35,747 nt of DNA from a virus: UHGV virus genome UHGV-0148291. One strand, given 5' to 3'. The notes beneath the pieces are model-generated. The model saw only the letters and a list, made by a program, of their open reading frames with translations. It did no database searches and was not told the DNA's origin. The position numbers and the translations under genes are program-made. Of the stretch, positions 7,555-16,960 are shown piece after piece (positions within the stretch are counted from its first letter, which is position 1; the number at the start of each line of letters is the position of its first letter).

Positions 7555-8899
7555 CTTCCTCACCGCCCGGAGGATTATTGTTTACCATGCCGAACGACTG
7601 TTTTCTTGCCTCGTCGTTTTGATTTTGTTCCTTTTCGATTTGCTTCATTTCCTCTTCCGTATCCTCAACCCACGGATGATTTTTAACAACTGTAAGTCTG
7701 GAAATGACATCAATACTTTGCTGTGCAATCTGCGCGGTTTCCAAGTCGTTCTTGATGGAGTTGCGCGTCCATGTCTGGATAATCTTTTTTGGTTCGGATA
7801 AACCATGAAATCTGCAAATCGCTTTTACCAGTTCTGCATATCCGCTACGGAATTCAGTTTCCATCGCTCCTGCCTTTAATTCCAAAAGGCTGTACATGAA
7901 TTTCAACGCCTCACCTGACGTATTGCCGTATTTCTGCGGGTCAGGGTCAACACCCATTCCGCTGATGAATATTTGCTTTTTCAGCAGTTCCAGAAACGCT
8001 CCTCTTGCCTCATAAGGAATTTCCGCTCGTATCGTTTCAACGCCGCCTTCGCCTTCTACCTTGATTGTTTTTTTGACTTTCAGATCACTCAAAAAATCGT
8101 CTCGGTCTACCCCTCCATAGTTCTTAATGACGAAAATAACCTCCTGCACATCGTCAATATCATTCGCAAATCCTGAAACTGTGCGGTCATAAGCGTCTAT
8201 CTGGTCTTTGCACATGGATAAATCGGAGGTTTTATAGGTGTTATTGAAGAATGGAATAAACGGAACCGCTCCCATATTATGTGACATTGTTGTTCCTACC
8301 GATGGAAAATTGAAATTCACATATGCGCCGCTTGAAGCTTTTTCAAAGAATTTCACTTCCTTGTCGTCCCAATATTCACACCGTTGGACCTCTTCGCCTT
8401 TGTCGTTAACAGTTACATATGCCCTCAGTATTCCGATGATCTTATTTTTCAGGTCACCGGACATAACGGGAATAATCTGTTTCGGATCTACCGCCGCATA
8501 TTGGAAAGTGTTATCTTCCCCTTTCCAGTAATGCAGCCATCCAACCGTGTCATTGGAGGCGTCAACAGCCAGCTTGTTTGACACCTTCGGAAAATCATCT
8601 CCCAAAGTATCGGTTATGATTTTATTCGCCGACTTGTCCCCAACATCAAATGTCGGCGGATATGTAAACAGATATGAACATTTTTGATTCACAAGAAGCG
8701 AATGCCAGTTGTGTGAAATTCGGTTATCTGCCGTCCTTAATGGATTGGCTTCTGCCATCTGCGCGTCCATATACAGATTGGCCGCTCCTGTGTTTTTGAT
8801 ATCGTTTTTGTTTGCATAGTACCGTTCGGCTGTTTTCGCCGCCTCAATAAAACTTCCATGCCCTATAATTAATTTATTTATGTAATTGCTGTTTACCAT
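7544..8899 (-). CDS. Portal protein (SPP1 gp6-like)
   Basis: DNRISHNW..LVNQKCSYL, VPFIPFFNN, IDAYD and SGEALKF motifs. Confidence 0.93.
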   Translation of the reverse strand: MVNSNYINKLIIGHGSFIEAAKTAERYYANKNDIKNTGAANLYMDAQMAEANPLRTADNRISHNWHSLLVNQKCSYLFTYPPTFDVGDKSANKIITDTLGDDFPKVSNKLAVDASNDTVGWLHYWKGEDNTFQYAAVDPKQIIPVMSGDLKNKIIGILRAYVTVNDKGEEVQRCEYWDDKEVKFFEKASSGAYVNFNFPSVGTTMSHNMGAVPFIPFFNNTYKTSDLSMCKDQIDAYDRTVSGFANDIDDVQEVIFVIKNYGGVDRDDFLSDLKVKKTIKVEGEGGVETIRAEIPYEARGAFLELLKKQIFISGMGVDPDPQKYGNTSGEALKFMYSLLELKAGAMETEFRSGYAELVKAICRFHGLSEPKKIIQTWTRNSIKNDLETAQIAQQSIDVISRLTVVKNHPWVEDTEEEMKQIEKEQNQNDEARKQSFGMVNNNPPGGEEDEE

Positions 8900-10299
8900 A
8901 TGGAAACACCGCCTCCATTAAAATTCTCCGCTACGCCGGTTGTTGCATCCGGTGCGTCATCGTGGGCGTTTTTGCCCTCTTTTTGATATTTCGTCATGTC
9001 TTTATAATACTCCGGCCATCTCTCCCGCCAATTAACCGGATAATAAATGTGATTCATTACCCACGTTGAGTTGGAAAGAATTCTCGCAATCTTATTTTTA
9101 CTCTGATGAAACCAATTCACCGTTGTTTTGTTGGAATCATATGTCTCATGGAGAATCCTTCTAATGTTTCTTGCAAACCCTCTCCCGCCGTTATTGCTCT
9201 CTATTCTTGACACATTGACACCGTATTCATGCAATCTTTTTGCTGTTTCTGGTTCGGTTATCTCCATTCCCTCTTTGGTGTAATACACATCGAGAATATA
9301 AGCCTCGTTTAGATATGCGCCGTATATGATGTTGCACAAATAGTCGCTTCCCTCGTCCGCCGTGTCGCAGTACGCAAATATGCCGGAAAACAACAGATTC
9401 CCTTCTTCGTCTTTTGGCAGCTTGTCATATGTCTTAAAAGAACTGTACAGCCTTCCTTTTAAGTCAATTGGTTCCTGTTGATAGTTTGCGCTGGCAATCT
9501 CAGCCCCCATTGCTTTTATCTTTTCTTCGTATGTCTTGCGGGATAAGATTTCATCACAGAGCATCGTTCCGTCATCCTGCAATGCTTTCATGGTGATGTG
9601 TCTCACTTTCAAGCCCTGTTCTGTGTAATGCTCCAATGCTCTCCCAGCCAAATCGTCCGAAGCCCATCTGGTCATGATAATGATGATTTTCCCGCCCTCT
9701 TCCAGACGTGACAGCATCGTGTTTGAAAACCATTCCCAATGTTTTTCTTTGACATTCTCGTTGTTGGCCTCTTCGGCATTTTTGATTAAGTCATCAATTA
9801 TCAGGAGTGTACAACCAAAACCTGTAGCTGTTCCGGTTGGAGATGTCGCCAAATAATTGTTGTATCCGCCTTCCAGACTCCAAAGGTTCATAGAAGCGTC
9901 GCCTTTTTTGATTGAAACGCCTGGGAATACATCTGAAAAGACTGGCTTATACACATCTCCCTTTTGTTCCATAATGTCATTTCGCACATTTTTAGAAAAC
10001 ATCGTGGATAAGGTTTCGTTGTATGATCCGGTCATGACCTTTTGGTTCTTGTCTTTTCCGAGTACCCATTCTACAAATAGCCCTGCTGTTCTGGATTTCC
10101 CGTGTCTCGGAGGCTCGTTGATTATCAGGACTTTATCCTCTGAGAAAAAGAAGCTTTGAAATTCATTGCATAAGTCAACTAAAAACTTTCTTTCCGGTTT
10201 ATAAAAATCAGGTGCCTTTAAATTACAATAAAAAAAGAACTCACGCCTCGCAAGCTCTAGTTTCGCTCCTAACTTTATTAATTTTTTATCCACTTTCAA
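8893..10299 (-). CDS. terL: Terminase large subunit
   Basis: Walker A PPRHGKS, Walker B LLIIDD, MTRW, YQQEP and nuclease HDDAPDA motifs. Confidence 0.95.
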   Translation of the reverse strand: MKVDKKLIKLGAKLELARREFFFYCNLKAPDFYKPERKFLVDLCNEFQSFFFSEDKVLIINEPPRHGKSRTAGLFVEWVLGKDKNQKVMTGSYNETLSTMFSKNVRNDIMEQKGDVYKPVFSDVFPGVSIKKGDASMNLWSLEGGYNNYLATSPTGTATGFGCTLLIIDDLIKNAEEANNENVKEKHWEWFSNTMLSRLEEGGKIIIIMTRWASDDLAGRALEHYTEQGLKVRHITMKALQDDGTMLCDEILSRKTYEEKIKAMGAEIASANYQQEPIDLKGRLYSSFKTYDKLPKDEEGNLLFSGIFAYCDTADEGSDYLCNIIYGAYLNEAYILDVYYTKEGMEITEPETAKRLHEYGVNVSRIESNNGGRGFARNIRRILHETYDSNKTTVNWFHQSKNKIARILSNSTWVMNHIYYPVNWRERWPEYYKDMTKYQKEGKNAHDDAPDATTGVAENFNGGGVSIW

Positions 10300-10666
10300 C
10301 CAGCTTCTTTAATTCTTCGGTAGATAATCCAGAAAACGGATTATTGATTTCTCCAGATAATTCGACTTCCTGTTTTTGCGAAAATTCATCCTTGCATTTT
10401 CTTTCAAGATACCATATTGATTGTGTCATGTTTCCGTCCTCTATGCTTCTCGCCAGATTCATTTTCGCTTTCATCTTCAAATTTTCTTTCAGAAGCTCTT
10501 TTCGCTCCGAAAATTCTTTATGGCTGGAACAGTAATCATAAAAAGTAGACGGCGCAATATTCGCATAAATGCACGCTTCCCTGTCACTTAGTCCTTGTAA
10601 AAAAGCTTCTTCTAATTTTTGGACTATCTCTTCTGTTATTTTCTTTGGCCTGCCTCTTTTATTCAT
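10286..10666 (-). CDS. terS: Terminase small subunit
   Basis: GRPKK start, HTH (LSDREAC...STFY), WYLERK motif, directly upstream of terL. Confidence 0.85.
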   Translation of the reverse strand: MNKRGRPKKITEEIVQKLEEAFLQGLSDREACIYANIAPSTFYDYCSSHKEFSERKELLKENLKMKAKMNLARSIEDGNMTQSIWYLERKCKDEFSQKQEVELSGEINNPFSGLSTEELKKLVESG

Positions 10667-10745
10667 GGCTCCGTCACCCTCTTTTCATATAATCCCGCTT
10701 TCCCACCCACACCGCTATATCATTGCTTTATCGGTGTACCAATTA

Positions 10746-10841
10746 TTAATCTTTATCGCAGTATATAGCCTCATCATCATCATAACAATGAGGACATGTT
10801 AAACAATCTATATCTGTTGTTGTCTTATCACAATCAATCAT
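10746..10841 (-). CDS. 31-aa Cys/Asp-rich micropeptide MIDCDKTTTDIDCLTCPHCYDDDEAIYCDKD
   Basis: Translated by hand. ATG overlaps the phosphoesterase stop (ATGA), SD GGAGGT upstream, CxxCxxC motif. Confidence 0.5.
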   Translation of the reverse strand: MIDCDKTTTDIDCLTCPHCYDDDEAIYCDKD

Positions 10842-11635
10842 AACAATACCTCCGCTTTTTTACGTCGTCCAGATAGATAAATAACCGGACAATCCTTGCT
10901 CGATGGTTTAAACTCGTTTACTTGCCCGTATCCTCCGTAATTGAGCATTGCCGATGTGTTGACAAATAGCTTTGTAACTTGAGATATCTTACTGTTACGT
11001 GGATCTACTCTAAAATAATCCTGTTTAAACGTCAATGGCAAATGTGTATGGCTGTGGATATATACATCGGTGTCCACTATACTTGCCATATCTGCAAGCC
11101 TTATTGCCTTTGCTCCCTCTTTACGTCCTCCACCTCTGCCATGCGTAAAGTATATCGTGTAACAGATTTTGCGCTGTTTACCGCTGCCGTTTGTCTCTTT
11201 GTATCCTCCCGGCATAATCCCAAAGCGTAAAAATAAAACCGCTCCTGTGTCCGTGTATCTATCAAGCAATCCTAATTGTGCAGCTACAATTTTGGTAATA
11301 TTAATACCCTCTTTGTTGTAACTTCTGGCTTCATGGTTACCTTGTGATATCCCTAAAATCTTATCTTTGATTGGCGTAAACAAAGTTACTGCCTTTTCTA
11401 TCTGTCCCATTGGATTAAACACCTGCGCATATGTATCTCCGATGCTTGTCTTAGTTGCATTGTCGCAGATGTCGCCGTTTATGATACAATAGGCGTTTGG
11501 AGTGTTTTTGATATACTCAATACGGCGCTCTACCAAATCATAATCGCAATGCGCATCACCTATATGCAAGTCTGCAAGCGTGTGCAACTCAATCATTTCT
11601 ATATCTCTTGACAAGCTTATCTTGACACAATCCAT
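10838..11635 (-). CDS. Calcineurin-like metallophosphoesterase
   Basis: All five motifs are present: DLHIG, GDICDN, GNHE, THG, HSHTH. Confidence 0.9.
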   Translation of the reverse strand: MDCVKISLSRDIEMIELHTLADLHIGDAHCDYDLVERRIEYIKNTPNAYCIINGDICDNATKTSIGDTYAQVFNPMGQIEKAVTLFTPIKDKILGISQGNHEARSYNKEGINITKIVAAQLGLLDRYTDTGAVLFLRFGIMPGGYKETNGSGKQRKICYTIYFTHGRGGGRKEGAKAIRLADMASIVDTDVYIHSHTHLPLTFKQDYFRVDPRNSKISQVTKLFVNTSAMLNYGGYGQVNEFKPSSKDCPVIYLSGRRKKAEVLL

Positions 11636-11659
11636 AAGGACACCCCATTTTTGTAATTT

Positions 11660-11688
11660 AAAAGCCGCCCAGAAGTGGCTGGACGGCT
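11660..11688 (-). terminator. Terminator-like hairpin in the late-operon leader
   Basis: Minus strand AGCCGTCCAG-ccactt-CTGGGCGGCT followed by TTT. Confidence 0.55.
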
Positions 11689-11754
11689 CGGAGGAACCAC
11701 ATCAGAGCTGACAGTAAACCAAAGATTTGTGTATTGGTTATAACTCTGACAATA

Positions 11755-11791
11755 ACATGTTATCACATTACGATGTGGTATTGTGTGGTAT
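11755..11791 (-). promoter_or_regulatory. Probable activator-dependent late promoter
   Basis: Direct repeats ATACCACA x2 with a 10-bp period (11774-11781, 11784-11791) at the 3' end of the activator gene, followed by a TGTGATAACAT -10-like region without a consensus -35. Confidence 0.55.
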
Positions 11792-12187
11792 GTTTATGGC
11801 TTTAAGTGCTTTTGGATGCAGATGCTTTATGACATGGTAATAATCATAGTTGATATCAACGGCTATCCTCTCCCATGTTTTGAAGTTAATATACCGCTCA
11901 ATAAGCAAGGTTCTGTATGTACTGTTATCCACTCCGCTGATAGCTTTTAGTATTTCTTGCTTAATTTTATAAAGTTCGTCTATTCTGTCATCAATCGCTT
12001 TTGAATAGTCCGCAAACCTCGTAAATTTCGCTTCAGTCGAATTATTCTGACTTGTCTGCACTCTTTCCTTGTCATAAGCAATTGATACGTTGCAAGCGTC
12101 ATATAAAGCCTTTTCCTTTGCTTTTATGAGGGCGTTTATTTCCTCATTTAAGTTGCGCCCTCTGTTAAGCCATTCTTTTGCTGTCAT
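11768..12187 (-). CDS. Late transcriptional activator (ArpU/RinA/DUF1492-like)
   Basis: MTAKEWL start and YRTLLIERYI...WERIA..INY...LH..AL C-terminal HTH. Last gene before the packaging module. Confidence 0.85.
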   Translation of the reverse strand: MTAKEWLNRGRNLNEEINALIKAKEKALYDACNVSIAYDKERVQTSQNNSTEAKFTRFADYSKAIDDRIDELYKIKQEILKAISGVDNSTYRTLLIERYINFKTWERIAVDINYDYYHVIKHLHPKALKAINIPHNTTS

Positions 12188-12198
12188 AAGCCCTCCTT

Positions 12199-12414
12199 TT
12201 AAACTCCTTTAAAGTATCTTTCATGCAACATAATTCCATTCCTTGACAATGCTGTTTTCAATTCAAGAACCGTAAAAATACCGTTTTCAATTAATACTTC
12301 CACGCATGCGCAAACCATCAATTCTTTGTTTTCTTCAATGTATGGGAAGTCAAGATAATTTCCAGCCCATTCTATAAACCGTTCTGCATTAATTTTCTCA
12401 AAGTCGATTATCAT
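12199..12414 (-). CDS. Hypothetical phage protein
   Basis: ORF coupled within the early operon, with SD GGAGGT. Confidence 0.65.
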   Translation of the reverse strand: MIIDFEKINAERFIEWAGNYLDFPYIEENKELMVCACVEVLIENGIFTVLELKTALSRNGIMLHERYFKGV

Positions 12415-12637
12415 TATTTTCTATTACCTCCAAAGCCATCAACACGTCCGTCACCGTCTCAAAATCCTGCTTAAACACATCATCATCCGTATAGGATTTA
12501 AAGTGATTACGGAGAGATATAAGGTTGTCTTTGTGTGCTCGTATCATAGTCATTGCCTTTTGGTGTATCTTGTAGTCACAGTTATTGCATTGTTGTACTG
12601 TACAGTGGGTGCAGGGGATGTATTTAGTCATTTTCAT
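12398..12637 (-). CDS. Hypothetical protein with N-terminal CxxC...CxxC
   Basis: Coupled ORF containing CTHC..QQCNNC. Confidence 0.65.
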   Translation of the reverse strand: MKMTKYIPCTHCTVQQCNNCDYKIHQKAMTMIRAHKDNLISLRNHFKSYTDDDVFKQDFETVTDVLMALEVIENNDNRL

Positions 12638-12978
12638 AGCTCCTCCACTTCAATTTCGGTTCTGGGATTTTCCTTGTCGTACCCGCCACGCAAAACCAAC
12701 TGTACATGGTCAAAGCTATCGTCCTCAATGATTCCGGCTCTTGTCAGACCGTCTAAAATCATTTTCCCCGAAAAATTATCGGAATCCCTCCGCCTTTTAT
12801 CTGGAAAAAAATACATCAATGTGACAACCGCCTTTTTAAACGGCTTGTCCGGTCTCGGTCGGCAGGTGTAAAAGATAAGTTCCTCCCAGTATTTTTTGAT
12901 TTTCTGGTATTCCCACCTTGCATTACGCCCTATAAATTTGTTATTGCTTGGTGGTATTTCCGGTATTATGTATTTCAT
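12634..12978 (-). CDS. RusA-like Holliday junction resolvase
   Basis: PPSNN, RRRDSDN, ILDGLTRAGIIEDDS and PRTEIEV motifs. Confidence 0.8.
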   Translation of the reverse strand: MKYIIPEIPPSNNKFIGRNARWEYQKIKKYWEELIFYTCRPRPDKPFKKAVVTLMYFFPDKRRRDSDNFSGKMILDGLTRAGIIEDDSFDHVQLVLRGGYDKENPRTEIEVEEL

Positions 12979-13754
12979 ATCTTCTCCAAATCCATTACAG
13001 ACAGCTGGTCTGTACTCATATCAAGCATCTTCGTTTTTGCATCCTCGTAAAACGATTTCACAATCTCAAAGCCATAACTGTTTCTTCCCAGTTCAGCCGC
13101 TGCCCGCAATGTTGACCCACTCCCCGCAACCGGATCAATCACCGTATCACCCGGATCGGTAAATATTTCAATCAGCCGTTTCAGCAGAAATACCGGTTTT
13201 TGTGTTTTGTGGATTCTCGGATATTCCTCTCTGTCTTCCACCCACTTAAACCAGTTATAGACCATTCTCCCGTTGTTGTTAAACTTCGGCAGCTTGTCCC
13301 GGTAAAGCACAAGCCCATATTCTGTAGCTCCGACAATCCTCATATTCGTTTTCATCGCCTGCGCCGAACGATTTTTAATAAATACCAACGGAATATGATG
13401 CTGAAATCCGTGCTTTTCGGCGTAATGCAAAACCGTCTGTATCTGCTCAAACGCGCAAAACACAATCATTGCAGGCGCTTTTCCCCGCTCCTTTGGCTCT
13501 TTGATCAAAAACTTGTTGCAAAAATGGAAATACTCCGCAATATTAAAATTGATGTCCGTGTTAAAAAACTGCTTTCCGGCTTTTTCGCTCTCCCCGTTTT
13601 TGATATCCCCTCCCTCATACCATGAGGGATTGGAAGCGTATGCGTTAGTCCCCAGATTATATGGGATATCTGCAATCACAAGCTGCGCTTTCGGAATGTG
13701 ATACCGTTTGTAATTTTGGAAATGATCGTTATATAACTCTGTCTTTATCTTCAT
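12975..13754 (-). CDS. Orphan amino (N6A/N4C) DNA methyltransferase, beta class
   Basis: Catalytic DIPY precedes HKTQKP and the SAM-binding DPVAGSGS. No cognate restriction endonuclease nearby. Start re-called at ATG 13754. Confidence 0.9.
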   Translation of the reverse strand: MKIKTELYNDHFQNYKRYHIPKAQLVIADIPYNLGTNAYASNPSWYEGGDIKNGESEKAGKQFFNTDINFNIAEYFHFCNKFLIKEPKERGKAPAMIVFCAFEQIQTVLHYAEKHGFQHHIPLVFIKNRSAQAMKTNMRIVGATEYGLVLYRDKLPKFNNNGRMVYNWFKWVEDREEYPRIHKTQKPVFLLKRLIEIFTDPGDTVIDPVAGSGSTLRAAAELGRNSYGFEIVKSFYEDAKTKMLDMSTDQLSVMDLEKI

Positions 13755-13762
13755 GTCGCACC

Positions 13763-14164
13763 TCAAAACGGAAGAGGCTCGCCTGTGTCCTCCACAGGAA
13801 TAAAGCCGCTGTTATCTGTACCCTGATTCTGATTGCCGCCAGTTCTTTTCTCACCGCAGAAATTCACTTCATCGGCAATGACTTCTGTCGCATAGTTCTT
13901 TTTCCCATCTTGGCCATCCCAACTGCGTGTCTGGATGGAGCCGACAACGCACATCATCTTGCCTTTGACAAAATACTTATGTGCAAATTCCGCTGTTTTT
14001 CCGAAGCAAAGGATATTGATAAAATCGGTATGGCGTTCTTCCCCTTGACGCTGAAATCTTCTGTCTATCGCCAGCGTAGTCCGTCCTATCGTTGTCCCTC
14101 CGGTAGTTGTTTTTATTTCGATGTCCTTCGTCAGCCTCCCCATTAAAATCGCGCGGTTAAGCAT
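13763..14164 (-). CDS. ssb: Single-stranded DNA-binding protein
   Basis: MLNRAILMGRLTKD start, GSIQTRSW, acidic tail ending LPF. Confidence 0.95.
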   Translation of the reverse strand: MLNRAILMGRLTKDIEIKTTTGGTTIGRTTLAIDRRFQRQGEERHTDFINILCFGKTAEFAHKYFVKGKMMCVVGSIQTRSWDGQDGKKNYATEVIADEVNFCGEKRTGGNQNQGTDNSGFIPVEDTGEPLPF

Positions 14165-14372
14165 GTTTCCTCACTCCTTTGTAAAAATCTATCATTTCGA
14201 TTAATTCGTTTATAAATTTGTTCGCCAGTTCTAGCTTCATGCACATTCTTCCGTCTTTTCCCGCATCAACAATGATATGTCCGTCCTTGTATCCGTATAA
14301 CACGGCAAAATATTCGCTTTCCGTTGGATACATTTTGTTTTTCTCCCAATTTACTTTTTGTGTTTCCGTCAA
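14157..14372 (-). CDS. Hypothetical phage protein
   Basis: ORF overlapping both neighbours, SD AGGAGG, TTG start. Confidence 0.65.
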   Translation of the reverse strand: MTETQKVNWEKNKMYPTESEYFAVLYGYKDGHIIVDAGKDGRMCMKLELANKFINELIEMIDFYKGVRKHA

Positions 14373-14950
14373 CTTGATTTCCTCCTGCTTAAAATTTCCC
14401 GCCTTATTTCCTCCGCTCGTTCCGACATCTTCCGTTCCGGCAGATTCTTCAAAGCCTGCTCAAATTCCTCCGGCGGCACCGTGTGCATGCCGTAAGGCAC
14501 ATTAAGCCGTACAAACCGATTGTTGGTGATAAGCTCGTCCACTTCTCCAGATGTCAAAAATGCACTACTCCCCCTGTACTTTCCGTTGTTTTGACAGTTG
14601 CAATGGCAAAGATACTCGCACCAAAACCCTGTTTTGTGATTCCAGCGGTAGTAACTGATAAGCCCCACTCCGCCGCACAGCTTGCATGAGGTTGTCTCGT
14701 GCTCCGTTGTGTTTGTCACCGGTCTTTGCATTTCCCGTATGATTTCCCGCAAATCCGCAACGGTAGGCGTTTTGTTTGACAAATCAATGTGTTTTTTCAC
14801 CGCTTTTTCAAAAAGTTCCGCTTTGCAGTTTTTGAAAGCCTCGCTCAGTCCGTTCCGATACGCTTTATCTCCGTCCTTCCAGAAGGACATTTCCGAGACG
14901 TAAGCATTTTTAATTCGCTGGTAAACACGATCAAACTCATCCCTCTGCAT
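14369..14950 (-). CDS. Putative helicase loader/inhibitor (G39P-like N-terminus) with Zn-finger
   Basis: AVKKHI....PTVADLRE motif, CKLCGGVG...CHC motif, follows the initiator gene. Confidence 0.6.
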   Translation of the reverse strand: MQRDEFDRVYQRIKNAYVSEMSFWKDGDKAYRNGLSEAFKNCKAELFEKAVKKHIDLSNKTPTVADLREIIREMQRPVTNTTEHETTSCKLCGGVGLISYYRWNHKTGFWCEYLCHCNCQNNGKYRGSSAFLTSGEVDELITNNRFVRLNVPYGMHTVPPEEFEQALKNLPERKMSERAEEIRREILSRRKSS

Positions 14951-15722
14951 CGTTCCAAATTTCCTCCCATTCTTTGTCGTAATCTATTTGCTCCTCTTTC
15001 TTCCGGTCGGTTTTTGATTCCCGCCATTTGCGGCAGTCCTCCAAAAATGCGGATTCCGTCAAGATTCCTTTCGCCATACAGCCATTTAATATCCCTTGTA
15101 TGTATCTAAGCTCCCTTTTGTCATCGTCATTCGCCTTGTAAATTGCCCGGCGTATCACTCCAGCTTCCATACCGTCCGAAAGATAAGATTGAAAAAGTTC
15201 AGAGACAGCAGCAGAAGCAAATCGATTCATGTAATGCTCATATTCGTCTTTCAGCTCTTTTAATATTCCTCCTACTACTTCTTTCTTACTTTCTTGTATT
15301 ATTACTTTCTTACTTTCTTTAGTTGTTGTTATTTGTTTGTTATTTGTTTGTTGCTCGTTTGTTGCTTGATTGTTGGATTGTATGTTATTTACTTTGTTTC
15401 TGTTGTTTCCACAATCTTGATAATCCTCATAATTGACAACGGTTACAGCGGTATATTTGCTTGTTGATTTGATTGTTATTTCCTGTGTTGATTTTAGCTT
15501 TTTTATTGCCGTCCTCAACTGCTGTAACGTTAACCCTGTTTCTGCCGACAGATTTTGTAAAGAGGTAATCAACTGTCCTCTTTTGACTTCTATGCCCTTC
15601 CATGTTTTGTCTTTTGCATTTGCCGTCAACAGCAGATGTATAAAAAGCCGTGAGCAATTTATATCACTGTACCATTCCCAATCAAGGATTTGCCTGTGCA
15701 GCCTAATCCATCCTAATAGCAT
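14937..15722 (-). CDS. Phage replication initiator with C-terminal DnaD-like domain
   Basis: GWIRLHR, LFIHLLL.AN, RGQLITS, N/Q/T-rich linker, YIQGILN motif. Confidence 0.88.
   Translation of the reverse strand: MLLGWIRLHRQILDWEWYSDINCSRLFIHLLLTANAKDKTWKGIEVKRGQLITSLQNLSAETGLTLQQLRTAIKKLKSTQEITIKSTSKYTAVTVVNYEDYQDCGNNRNKVNNIQSNNQATNEQQTNNKQITTTKESKKVIIQESKKEVVGGILKELKDEYEHYMNRFASAAVSELFQSYLSDGMEAGVIRRAIYKANDDDKRELRYIQGILNGCMAKGILTESAFLEDCRKWRESKTDRKKEEQIDYDKEWEEIWNDAEG
15270..15495. repeat. Probable replication origin (iteron-like repeats inside the initiator gene)
   Basis: Strand-biased tandem TTGTT(A/G) units such as TTGTTATTTG x2, and TTACTTTC repeats. Confidence 0.6.
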
Positions 15723-15764
15723 TGTTTATTACCTCTGCTTTAAAAGTTCGGTACAGGGGCAAAT

Positions 15765-16130
15765 TTAAGCCCCTGTGAACCTTATTTGTCCGTCAATGTA
15801 ATTTCCGTTATCCAAACGCCGGATGTGCTCTCTTACTTTTGTGCAATGCACCCCGGTGACTTCGTTACAATACCGGCGAAGTTTCGCCATATTTTTGTTT
15901 TGCGTATTGATCCGATGGTCGAATTCCTGTAAAAACGCCTGTATTTCTGATATGTCATCGCTGATCCAATATCCTCTTGCACTGCTGGATGACAAGATTG
16001 GGATGCCTTTTATCCTTTTCTGTTCAATCAGTTTCCTTATTTTCCTATCCGGCAGCTTCAAAAGACGGCTCAACTCATTTCTGCTGATAGCATTTTCTTT
16101 GCCATGCGGTATGTATTGCAAGATATCCAC
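15765..16130 (-). CDS. HTH DNA-binding protein
   Basis: IPHGKENAISR.EL...DRKIR..I...GIPILS....GYW motif. Confidence 0.7.
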   Translation of the reverse strand: MDILQYIPHGKENAISRNELSRLLKLPDRKIRKLIEQKRIKGIPILSSSSARGYWISDDISEIQAFLQEFDHRINTQNKNMAKLRRYCNEVTGVHCTKVREHIRRLDNGNYIDGQIRFTGA

Positions 16131-16139
16131 AAAATCACC

Positions 16140-16421
16140 TCACAAATAATTTTTCCCGATAATACGGATAAAGTCTTGTTCCGTCCAATCGTAATGTCTC
16201 ATAGCCGTTTTTTGAGCTTCCTGCTTGAGTTTTAACATCTTATTCGCATTGTTATGTACGCCGTTTTTATTGTCTCGGTGGTCGTAGCTGCAAAGCCATA
16301 CTTTTAAGCCGTATTTCTCGCTTATTTTTCGATTTGCACCGCCGAAACAATGATGATCCTCTAAACTTGTCCGGCAGTGACAGATAAAACATTCTTTTTC
16401 TGACTGTATAATGCTTTTCAT
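16140..16421 (-). CDS. Small Zn-binding HNH/Ref-like protein
   Basis: CFIC...HHCFGG.NRK.SE.YGL.V.LC..DH...GVH motif. ATG 16421 is coupled to the upstream stop. Confidence 0.65.
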   Translation of the reverse strand: MKSIIQSEKECFICHCRTSLEDHHCFGGANRKISEKYGLKVWLCSYDHRDNKNGVHNNANKMLKLKQEAQKTAMRHYDWTEQDFIRIIGKNYL

Positions 16422-16960
16422 CGTCCCCACGCCTCGCATAAAGACTTTAATTCTTCCGGCGGCATGGTATCAATTCCAAGACTTTTACACTCCTGTACGA
16501 TGTTATCTATGAGGATTGTCATTTCCCGGCTGTCATAGGTGGATGAGCCAAAATAATTAATCATATTTGTATAACCTTCAATCTTACTTTGACTGTGCAC
16601 TTCGGATATCCATCCGACACCGTTTGATTCCCACGCCTCGCGCCAACGCTTGACTGCCTCATGCTTGATAGGTGTTATCTCAAATTGCCCTACTTCATGT
16701 ATGCTCTTGCGATATACCTCTTCTTTTGTTCCGCCGATTTTTTCGGCAATTTTACTGCATAGAATCCATAATAATGAGTTCGCATCAAGTGACCGTTTCG
16801 GATGGTACTCGTCCACCTTCAAGATGGCTTCCTTGTTTCCGGCTAATTTTTTTCCTATGTAATTGAGTATCTTTCCGGTCGGCTCTTTACTTCCCTTAAT
16901 TTTTAAAATGAGGATATCGTCACAGAGATTCGCTTCGGTTACATTCAGATTTCCCAGCAT
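16418..16960 (-). CDS. NinB/Orf-like recombination accessory protein
   Basis: KRSLDANSLLW and GSSTYDSREM..LID motifs, adjacent to the recombinase. Confidence 0.6.
   Translation of the reverse strand: MLGNLNVTEANLCDDILILKIKGSKEPTGKILNYIGKKLAGNKEAILKVDEYHPKRSLDANSLLWILCSKIAEKIGGTKEEVYRKSIHEVGQFEITPIKHEAVKRWREAWESNGVGWISEVHSQSKIEGYTNMINYFGSSTYDSREMTILIDNIVQECKSLGIDTMPPEELKSLCEAWGR

Noticed and set aside
10680..10745. ACACCG/CGGTGT hairpin and repeated CGATAAAG upstream of terS as a pac site or RNA motif
   Set aside because: The stem and repeat are too short to distinguish from chance without comparative data.
12975..13754. Restriction-modification system
   Set aside because: There is no adjacent endonuclease. 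Orphan methyltransferases are ordinary in phage early regions.
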